Shown here: positions 1-17,827 of the stretch, piece by piece
How positions within the stretch are numbered: position 1 is the stretch's first letter
How the letters are laid out: each line of letters opens with the position of its first letter
Source: Callorhinchus milii
Taxonomy: Eukaryota
Length of the DNA: 37,473 nucleotides
Direction of reading: 5' to 3'
Assembly (NCBI RefSeq): GCF_018977255.1
Contig: NW_024704746.1
Location: 27,306,528 to 27,344,000 of the forward strand
The notes under the pieces: generated by a model
Databases searched by the model: none
Told to the model about the DNA's origin: nothing
The model's input: only the letters and a program-made list of their open reading frames with translations
Position numbers and translations under genes: made by a program

Positions 1-8005
<8,005 letters not shown>

Positions 8006-8503
8006 AATGATCTGAAAAGGTTCGGCGGCAGGACTAAGCTTGGTGGAGGTGGACTTCAAATTGCGAAGGAAATAATTCTTGTCGGTGGAAGATTTCTGCC
8101 CTGCGCTGCTTTATGTGATTGGGTTGTGTGAAATGAAACTTCTCTGAACTTTAATGCACTCTTGTCTGTTCAAGTCACAATGAAGTCTGTCATTCAAGTC
8201 TATGATTATGTTCAAAAACGTTAGCATCAAAGGAAACACTAGTCGTCTCTGTTGTGGAATGAGTAAAACAGTCTTGCACTGAAAAGCCCTTATTATTTTC
8301 GTACAATACTGTTGAAGTTAAATAATTAGGTTACGTTCACAAATTAAACCGTAAAATTTATGGTTTAATTTGCTACCTTCTGATGGCTTGAGTTTTGTAA
8401 ACGTGGTAACTCAATTTTTTTCTAACAATGATTTTAGGTGTAAAAATACTCCATAGGAATGTAACTTCGTCAAATCCATTATTACAATTATCAACGGTAA
8501 TGA

Positions 8504-8509
8504 AATAAA
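8504..8509 (+). terminator. Candidate CMAS polyadenylation signal
   Basis: AATAAA ~500 nt after the stop codon, followed by a GT/T-rich stretch at ~8531-8560. Confidence 0.6.
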
Positions 8510-8694
8510 TAACTGAATATTTATGCAAAACTTGTGTTTCTGTAGTTTCGTTTCTTTTCCAGATCATAGCCTGAACCATCTGATCATATCATTTATAAAT
8601 TCTATCACTCCTGGGCTCAGTGTAATATTGGACTAGGAAACCTCACTCTCGTTTTGCTCAGGGTTTTACTCATGAGTTTATCAGTTGGCAAAAG

Positions 8695-8823
8695 GCAAAA
8701 TACTGCAGATGCTGGAAATGTGAAATAAAAACCGAGTCGCTGGACTTCGATAAAAACAGAACACTCAGCGGGGCAGGCAGCATCTTTGGAGAGAGGAAAG
8801 CGAGTTAACATTTCAGGTCGATT
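8695..8823. mobile_element. Probable Penelope-like element terminal-repeat fragment
   Basis: AAAATACTGCAGATGCTGGAAATGTGAAATAAAAAC...GGCAGCATCTTTGGAGAGAG...GTTAACATTTCAGGTCGA resembles, from memory, an abundant chondrichthyan repeat. Family assignment uncertain. Confidence 0.45.
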
Positions 8824-9586
8824 TGAGTTTTCACAAAAGCCGTGATAAGGCGCTATATCAAATGCAAAGATTATTATTACAACACTTTCAGACTCTTCGT
8901 AAACCGGTTTGAAATGCTGTCGTGGACATATCCACTATTGAGATTAACTTTGTGATACTAGTTGAATCGGCTCCTAGTAAATGGTTTAGAACATTCAAAT
9001 TTGTCAACAAGATTAAACCTAAAGTTAACACAAATAAAGCACTTGATTGACCATGTGTGAATGTGGCTATTGTATTTAGGTTGAGTCTTGTCATAGCCAT
9101 AAGATGGAGAACCTGGGAACCCAGCAACGCAAACGATGCTTTCACCTCATTCAGATAAACAGCACTTAATGTATTCCTCTCTGAGTAACAAAGATTGTGG
9201 AGAAATAGCTAATGTGGTAAAAGGCTGAACAGCTGAAGGGTGTCTTTAATTGCAATTCATATTTATAACATGTTGCCCCACAAGATGGTGCTATTACAAT
9301 GGAAGAGATTCTGTGAGCTTTTATTTGACTTTGATGGTCTTTGGGAGGTAGAATGGGAAGAGAGATTTAGCTTTACAGGTATTAAATATGAATCTCTACG
9401 TATTCACTACATACCTCTTGGTACCTATTGAGTGCCTCTGGTTAGAAACGTTGAAACAGAAATCTGCGGTGCAGAAGGAGGCCATTTGGCCATCAAACTC
9501 CACACCGGCTCACAGAGCAACGAGATCAATCAATCCCACTGCCCCACCTTGTCCCTTCATGCCTGTCTAATTCCCCCTTTCTGAAG

Positions 9587-9727
9587 GATAGAGGGATTAA
9601 GGGATATGGCAATAGGGCGGGTAAATGGAATCAGATTAGAAGATCAGCCACGATCTTATTAAATGGCGGGGAAAGCTCGAGGGGACGAATGGCCTACTCC
9701 TGCTTCTACGTCTTATGGTGTTATGGT
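9587..9727 (+). mobile_element. CR1-clade LINE 3' UTR fragment
   Basis: AAGGGATATGG...AGATCAGCCACGATCTTATTAAATGGCGGG...GAATGGCCTACTCCTGCT; related copies at ~17690-18062, 21245-21391 and 33365-33452. Confidence 0.7.
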
Positions 9728-9849
9728 CTTTGAAAGCTACAATGGACTCCACCTCCTCCATTATATCCAACACTTTGGATGAAAAAAAATTCCTCCTAAG
9801 TTCGTCTTTCGCTGTTTTTGTGGCTCTCATCACCTGGGCCAATAGAAAT

Positions 9850-10281
9850 TCACAGGCGCAATTTTTTCACGGAGTTCACTAAAACCAACACTCCACGGAA
9901 ACAACTCCTTTCCCTCCCGGAAGGGGTTAGGATGTTGCAGAGGTCGGGGAGAGCAAGGCTATGGAGGGTTTGGAAGGTGAGGACCAGGATCTTGAACTGT
10001 ATCCTCTGTGTGATGGGAAGCCAGGGAAGTCGGGTGAGGTTGGGGGTGATAGGGTCACGGAGCCTGATGCGGGAGAGGATGCGAGCTGCGGAGTTCTGGA
10101 GGCTGCAGAGTCCTGAGGTGAGGAGGTGCTGACGGGAGTCTATCAGGACTTGTTGATGTTCAACTGTAGAAAGTTCGCTCTCATCCAGGACTTGATGTCT
10201 GACAAGACATTCTGTCAGGACAGCAGTGGGTCCTGGAGTCGAGGGTGGAGACAGAGAGATAGAGTTGTCATCTGCATACAT
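9850..10281 (-). mobile_element. Degraded L2 reverse-transcriptase fragment
   Basis: ORF starts MYADD and contains LQNSAARIL...LPWLPITQRIQFKILVLTFQ. Confidence 0.85.
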
Positions 10282-10610
10282 GTGGAGTCCTGTAGCTCAG
10301 TGGTTAGAGCACTCACTTTGCAAGTGAGAGACCTGAGTTCAATTCCAGGCAGAGGGCGAAACCTTGGGCAAGTTTCCTTACTCCACACAGAGCCTAATAA
10401 TAATCCCTCCAAAAACCAAACCAATAATAATAAATTGGTCATTTTCAATCCACGACTGTTTGTGGGACATTGCTGTGCGCAATTGGCTGCCACGTTCGCC
10501 CACAAATATACAGTCAATTCACTTTATAATGTGTTCTGTGAAGCGCTTTGGGACGTCCTCCCGACGTGAAAAGCGCTATATCAAATGCAAGGATTATTAT
10601 TAATATTATT
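10282..10610 (+). mobile_element. Full-length young tRNA-derived SINE
   Basis: GTGGAGTCCTGTAGCTCAGTGGTTAGAGC...GAGTTCAATTCC (A and B boxes); nearly identical to 22174-22497 and 35580-35903; (ATT)n tail. Confidence 0.93.
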
Positions 10611-10849
10611 ATGTGGAAGTTGAATTCATTGATGCTAATTCTGTGCAGGAATACCTCAATTTTTAAACAATGTGAACAGCACGTGATGTCCTTACATACC
10701 TGTGAATTGTCAATCTATTGCTAAGCAGGTGGAATTTCAATTACAATTTTTGCAATGCGTCCCAGTACATAGAAATGCTAATAAGAGAGAGCAGTGTTAT
10801 TCAATCCAGTTATGGACAATGAGCCAGAGCAGGTTAGGAATTTAAATGT

Positions 10850-11670
10850 GGAGAATTAACTCATGGGGAGTGATCAAATAATAATAAGGTTCACAATCAT
10901 GATAAAGAAGGAGATAAACGAGCTATGTACCGAGGTCTTTCATTGGAAACATGTTAATTACAACGGTTCGAGGAGTGAACTCGCTGAGGTAGATTAGAGG
11001 CAAAAATTGGCAAATAAAGATATTGAGCAACAATGGAAGATTTTGTAACGTGAGATAGAGAAGGATAGAAATTAGAGAAAAGGTTAAGGAGGGTGGCTAA
11101 AGCAGCAATGAAAAGAGTACAGTGTAGGTTTACTACGATGATACCAGATAGCTGCTATCAGGATAGATTGCATAGCTTGGGCCTTTTATTGTTAGAGAGG
11201 AGACGATTAAGAGATGACCTAATAGAGGTGATAAAGATTGGGTGCATTAAGATTAATATAAATATAAATATTAGTATAAATATGTTGTTCCCATTTGTTG
11301 ATGAGTCTGTAATCAAGGGTCACAAGTATAAGGTAATGAGTAGGGAATCTAAAAGAGAATTTAATAATAATAATAATAATTTAGGAGGAATTACTCCATG
11401 CAAAATGGTGGTTCATGTAGATATACTGATATACACATTTTACCGATTATTTTAGTGACTACTTCCTTAAATGTTTGGCAAACGCCAAATATAGATTTAT
11501 TATATATCTTCAATTTATTATATAATTTATCAAATGATATAGATGAATATAATAGGACGCTCAATCTACACATGAGGGAGAAGGGATTGAATGGTATGGG
11601 AGGTAAAGTCTCACATGGAGTATAAACACCCGCACAGACTAATTGCGCCAAATGGCCTGTTCCTGTGCTG
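10850..11670 (+). mobile_element. Degraded CR1-clade LINE fragments
   Basis: ORF 11093-11455 has RVQCRFTTMIP...YQDRLHSLGLLLLERRRLRDDLIEV, typical of the CR1 ORF2 C-terminus; 3' end AAATGGCCTGTTCCTGTGCTGTA. Left boundary approximate. Confidence 0.7.
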
Positions 11671-11677
11671 TACAATC

Positions 11678-11982
11678 CATCCTTCAGATGAGATGTTAAA
11701 CCCAGATCCCATCGTCTTGTTTTCGGAGGATGTTGAAGATCCCATGGCCCTATTGGAAAAGAGAAGGGAGTTTTTCCTGGTGTCCTAGCCAACAATCCCC
11801 CAAATTAAAATAAAACATGAGTCACTCATTCCGTGACTGTTTGTGGGACACTGCTGTGCGCAATTGGCCGCCGCGTTTTATCCACAAAATACGCAGTCAA
11901 TCCACTTTAGAGTATATTCTGTGAAGCACTTTGAGACGTCTCAACTACATGATAAGGGTGTTATTATCAAATTATTATTATC
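11678..11982 (+). mobile_element. DeuSINE-like element with Deu core domain
   Basis: TTCAGATGAGATGTTAAACC...AAGATCCCATGGCCCTATT...CCTGGTGTCCTAGCCAA matches the recalled Deu domain (AmnSINE1/SacSINE1), followed by the same 3' body and tail as the other SINEs. Confidence 0.7.
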
Positions 11983-13342
11983 TATAATAAACTATGTACT
12001 AACTGAAAAAGCAAGATTACTTTAACTGATTCGGAAGTGCTCTACTATGTTACATCTGTATGATTTCACTAATAAAACAGGAAAAGGTTAAATTTGCTGC
12101 GTACATAAAAAGCCATGCAGTAACATGCTCTATCAGGGCCTATACCTTTCTCTTCCAAATACATGTTCTCATCCTCACAACTCCCTGATCCCCAAAGTTA
12201 AATAAGCAAAACCCCAGAATATTCAGCCTTCCCCATATTGCCAGATTTAATATGTGGGGGCTGTAGTTTATTTTTAGAGCATTAATTTCTCTATTTCTAC
12301 TGTTTTCCTAATTTCAAAGCTTGCACTGAAAAAAATGTTCAATGCAACAAGGTTTATATTTGCAGGAACCCACATAGAAAATGTAGATGGGGACAGAAAT
12401 GTGTGCCTGAAAGCGAGTTGCTGGGTTGTGACACATCTGCTCTGGGTGTCAGTCTCGCCTGGATTAATGGGTTTTTCGTTATTTGATCAATAAACAGGAT
12501 TAGCAATTGCTCTGCATTTGCCAGACATTTAAGCGAGTGGTCACTAAATTAATCAGTGAGATGAGTCTTTGCCAATATTTGTCAATAGTTTTTCTGTCTT
12601 GGGATCAATAACTCAGGTGTTGGGGAATTCCAGGAATTATTGCTACCCAGAGATTTGTAAGGAACTATTATAGCATATGATATATTACATTTGGATTACA
12701 TGAACGTTATGATAAAAGCATTGTACATGTAAAAGGTCAAAGCTCTGTGCCAACAATGAACATTTCTTAGAATATTGTCAGGGTGGCAGAGTGAAATGTT
12801 CCATTAACATCACATCTGTTGAGTTAGACACCTAATATTGCGTTTTTCTATTTCCATTTCCTTTTGCGAACTGATCCCCTCTGGGGTACAGCAACTTAAT
12901 ATCTCACTTACATATCAGTGATGGGGAATTCCAGAAGTTATTGCTATCTTATTACTATCGTAGCTGAACACTATCCTTTCTCTGCTCAATGTCCACTTGT
13001 ACCTTCCTGCATTACTGAAGAAAAATCCTTACATTTCATATAGTGAAGGAGGAAGTCTTCAAACGCGTTTTACTGTATGTTTTAATAACGGTGCATTTTC
13101 ACACACTGCTACATTGCTGCGATTGCATCTTGTAGGCGAACGTGGCAGTCAAGTTGCACAATGCAGTTGTCTTGCAAACAATCATACATTGTTCAGAAAG
13201 GTTTGCCTGTTCCTGGCCAAAGGCTATTTAAGACAATGGTTTGCTATTGGTGTTTGGCAGAGATTATCTAACCCAGCACAAAATAGAAATCTAAACACGA
13301 CCTTTCTAGTTTATGGGGATTAAACTGCATTAGGCAGTCCAT

Positions 13343-13663
13343 TTAATAATAATAATGATAATAATAATCTTTGCATTTGATATAGCGCCTTATCACGTCT
13401 TCTAAACCTCTCAAAGCGCTTCACAGCACATACTGTAAAGTGAATTGACAGTATATTTGTGGATGAAACGCAGCAGCTAATTGGGTACAGCAGCGTCCCA
13501 CAAGCAGTCGTGGATTGAAGTGACCAACTTATTATTTTCTTGAGGGATTATTATCAGGCGTGTGGAGTAAGGAAACTTGCCCAACAATTCTCCCTGCCGG
13601 GAATCGAACCCGGGTCTCTTGATTGCAGGGTGAGTGCTCTAACCACTGAGCTACAGGACTCCA
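13343..13663 (-). mobile_element. Full-length tRNA-derived SINE
   Basis: Reverse strand: TGGAGTCCTGTAGCTCAGTGGTTAGAGC...GGTTCGATTCC...(ATT)n. Confidence 0.9.
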
Positions 13664-13906
13664 TTTACCTCCACACTAACTTGCATTGTTATAAACACTA
13701 CATAGTTTAACATAAAACTTTATAATGTCCACCATAAACATTTCTGTGCAACATTATAAACTTTGCAACGTCTCTAATTCACCCTGAATTTATTGTGGCC
13801 AACAATTCACATCATAAACACTTGCACCATATCCGATTGTGGGACCTGGCTGTGCGCAAATTGGCTGCCAAATTCTTCTCCTATATATACCACTACACTT
13901 TACCCA

Positions 13907-14287
13907 GTAATAATAATCCTTATGCATTTGATACAGCGCCTTAACAGCATTTGAGACATCTCAAAGCGCTTCACAGAATATACTGTAAAGTGAATTGACT
14001 ATATTTTGTGGGCAAATGCGGCAGCTGAATGAGCACAGCAGCGTCCCACAAACGGTCGTGGATTGAGTGACCAAATTCTTCTTATTATTTCTTTATTTTT
14101 GAATGGATTATTACCCCCGGAAAAGTGATCTGACAATTGACTAACAACCGGGTTCCTACTTACTGCTGGGTACAGAGAGGTGTGGAGTAAGGAAACTTGC
14201 CCAACATTTTGCTCTGCCCAGGAATCGAACCCAGGTCCTCTCGCTTGTGAGGTGAGTGCTCTAACCGCTATGTTACAGGACTCCACC
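13907..14287 (-). mobile_element. Full-length tRNA-derived SINE (longer subfamily)
   Basis: Same head and tail; shares the internal CCCCGGAAAAG...GGTTCCTACTTACTGCTGGG block with 2706-3099. Confidence 0.9.
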
Positions 14288-14644
14288 ACTCTAGTATATG
14301 AAGCGCTTGAGGTATCTTACTGAAGTGAAAGGTGATATACAAATGGAATGATAATTATTATTATCATCAGACTGTGTTGTGCAGCATATTACAGCAGTTC
14401 TTTGTTTGCCATAAACAGTTTAATCAATTTCAATGCAATTTACAAAGGGCTATAAAAGGCTCTATTTTGCTTTCAGGTACTTTTGAAAGTTGGATAAACT
14501 TAGTACCTTTGAATGTTCTGGTGGGGCCAGACCTGAAAAGCTCTGGTCACTTTGACCTAATGAGTCAATGAAACAGAATGTAATTAGGCTGAAATCCAGT
14601 GTTTTACAGGAATGAGCTTTGAGAAATGATTATACCATCTGACC

Positions 14645-15996
14645 ATCTGTGACCAGGGCTCCCTCTGCCTCCTCGTCCTCCTCGACCTATCGGCAGCATT
14701 CGATACGGTCGACCACGCTATCCTACTCCACCGCTTGTCCTCCCACCTCAACCTTCAAGGCACTGTCCTTGAGTGGTTTAGGTCGTACCTTTCTCACCGT
14801 CTTCACTTTGTCTCGACAAATGGCTTCTCCTCCACCCCCCGTACTGTCTCATGTGGTGTCCCTCAGGGCTCTGTCCTCGGTCCCCTCCTCTTCACCCTCT
14901 ATATGCTCCCCCTGTGGTGACATCATCCGCAGACATGGAGTTAACTTCCACATGTATGCGGATGACACCCAACTCTACCTTTCCTCCTTTACTCTCAACT
15001 CCACGACCACCGATGTCCTGACAGCTGCCTGTCCGACATCGAGTCCTGGACGAGAGACAACTTTCTTCAGCTCAACGTGCGCAAACTGAGGCCCTCCTGA
15101 TTGGCTCACGTCAGCGCCTCCGCACCTCAGGCGCTGACACCATCAGCATCCAAGGCTGCACTCTCCACCTCTCAAAGCCAGTCAGGAACCTCGGCGTTTT
15201 GTTCGACCCTGAGCTGTCCTTTCTCCCTCACATCCGCACCACAACTGGCACCGCCTTCCATCACCTCCGGAACATCGCCAGACTACGGCACTACCTCACC
15301 CCTCACGCGGCTGAAACCCTGGTCCACGCCTTTGTCACCTCAAGGCTGGACTATGGGAACTCTCTCCTCGCCGGCCTTCCCGCCACCTCCCTCCACAAGC
15401 TGCAGGTCATTCAGAACTCTGCAGCTCGTGTACTGTCCCGCACCAGACACCGCGACCACATCACTCCCACCCTCACCCTCGCCCTCGCTCGCCTCCACTG
15501 GCTCCCCATCCCCCAGAGGATTGATTTCAAGATCCTCATCCTCACCTACAAGGCCATTCACGGCCTCACTCCCTCCTACCTCTCCAACCTACTATCCCCC
15601 TCCCTATCCGCCCGTAACCTCCGTTCCTCTGGCTCCGGTCTGCTCCACGTCCCCCGCCCCAACCGCCCTACTATCGGTGGTCGGGCCTTCAGCCTCTCAG
15701 CCCCGAGGCTCTGGAACTCTATCCCCAGTGCCTTCGCCGCTTCCTCCCTCTCCTCCTTCAAGGCCGGTCTCAAAACCTTTCTCTTTGACCGAGCCTTCAG
15801 CTCCCCTCTCGACTCTCTTCCCCCTCCTCGCTCCCACCCTTCCCTCCCCTCACCCTGACCATTTCCCCCCTCCTTGCTCCCTCCCTTCCCCTGACCATTT
15901 CCCCCCAATGCTCGGGTCATGACCCAACTGTGCAGCGCCTTGGGACGTCCTCCTGACGTGAAAGGCGCTTTATAAATGGAATCTTGTTGTTGTTGT
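14645..15996 (+). mobile_element. 5'-truncated L2-clade LINE (RT domain to 3' tail), frameshifted
   Basis: Motifs [63 protein letters not shown] and LHWLPIPQRIDFKIL spread over shifted frames; ends in (TTG)n. Confidence 0.95.
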
Positions 15997-16210
15997 ATAC
16001 AAATTCAAGCTCTTTGGACTCAAAAAAAAGTATCTTAGAAAAGTATTGTATTTCAGTATATATGTAACAAGGCAAGAAAGTAAATCATCAATAACAAATA
16101 TATACTGCAAGGCAAGAGCACATAGGTTTAATGTTTATATGTTTAAGAACTCATTAGAGAAAGGGATTGTGACAATGTAATACCTATTTTAAAAAGAGTG
16201 ACACAGCTAT

Positions 16211-16297
16211 TTAATAATAATAATAATCCTTGCATTTGATATAGCGCTTTTCACATCTTATCGACGTCTCAAAGCGCTTCACAGAATAGACTGTAAT
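16211..16297 (-). mobile_element. SINE 3' tail fragment
   Basis: TAATAATAATCCTTGCATTTGATATAGCGCTTTTCAC...AAAGCGCTTCACAGAA. Confidence 0.8.
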
Positions 16298-17203
16298 GTT
16301 CCATGTGGGGGTTTAAAAACAACAGGCACTTCTCCTTGTCTATCAACACATCCACCCAACAGGTAGCAGGTGAATGGCTATGAGGAGGAGGAGTGACGCT
16401 TCCAGCCGTTGCCGGGTGATGTGCCGTTTGTCGATTAGCAGTTTATGTACTTGCTCCAATCTTGCTTCTGACAGTATTTGCACCTACCCTCCCTAAAGCC
16501 TGCATACCCACCCATGGAGTTAATCCTTCCCACTGCACAATGCCCACGCATTGCTTCATTGCTGTCAATGAAAGCTATGTGGTTTTAGCTGATCTCCAAG
16601 CCTTGGCTCTTGCCAAACTGCACCTAATACTTGCCAGAAGCAGGTAAGCAGGATGTCGTTTGGAGACTCTTAAGCAACGGTGATGGGTTTCCGCATGTGT
16701 CAGACATCCGGCTGAGTAAAAATGAATCATTGAAAGAGATAATGAAATTGTTTCTCATTATTATTTTAATTGTAGTAAATGTAAGAAGTAAAACACTGAT
16801 CGCAGAACCATTCAACAATATAATACACTTAACATTGGCATGATGAACTAGTTGACCGCAAAATATTACAATGACTTAATTGTAACCAAAAGTCATACAA
16901 CTTGCTCTAGTTTTTAAAGCATAAGAGATAAGTGCACATATAAAAAACTGCTGGTAGCTTGACCCTGGCTTAACTTGTCACTACCACTTAAGTCATCACT
17001 CTGTCAATATTCAACCACATTTATTAATGTATATATACATATGCCTAACACGTCGTTCATAAGAACATAGGAATTTGCTCAACAACAACAACAACAACTT
17101 GCTTATATATATAGTGCCCTTCACACCAGATAGCATCTTGAAGTACTCCTCTGGCTCCTGTGAAAGATTTTTCTTCTTTTCATTTCCGGAACGACCTTTG
17201 ATG

Positions 17204-17781
17204 TTAATTCTCATATTCAATACATTTCATTAGTTGACTTGAATTCATTTTCTCCTCAATCTGCGCATCAAATATTTTAGTTTGCTTTGTGCTGAAATGG
17301 TTCTTCCAATCACCAACGGTGCCTGAAGGTGATAAATGTATCAGTTAGATGGTAACGTGTCATAGCCTCATAGAATCATGGAAATTTGCTGCACAGAAAG
17401 AGACCATTTGGCCCATCAAGTCTGTACCAGCTCTCAGAGCAAGATGTTCATTCAATCCTACTGCTTTATCCTATCCTTCCGCGCCTCTATCTTTCATATA
17501 ACTGTGAACTTCCCTCTATAACCCACAATGGATTCTACCTCTACCACCTGACTTGGCAGGGCACTCCACGTCCCAACAGCTCTCGGAATGAAAATAAATT
17601 TGCCTAAACCCTCTTCTTGTGACTATCTTATAATTATTAATCCAAATTATCCGTAATTATCCATTCAAATTTTCACGACTGAGGTGGGTAGATGTTCGTT
17701 AGGTCAGGGTATCGAAGGATATGGGGCAAAGGCCGGTATTTGGAATTGAGGTACAGATCAGCCATGATAATAATAATAATG

Positions 17782-17827
<46 letters not shown>

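Noticed and set aside
8795-8845. Possible hammerhead ribozyme in the Penelope-like fragment
   Set aside because: The minus strand has the GAAA half but no intact CTGANGA core.
10282-10360. tRNA-like sequence with A and B boxes (also at 22174, 35580 and on the minus strand near 3099, 13663, 14287)
   Set aside because: These are SINE heads, each continuing into a shared body and (ATT)n tail; not tRNA genes.
14649-15922. Active LINE or host gene from the 146-273 aa ORFs
   Set aside because: RT motifs are spread across frameshifted frames and the element is 5'-truncated; the other ORFs are shadow frames.
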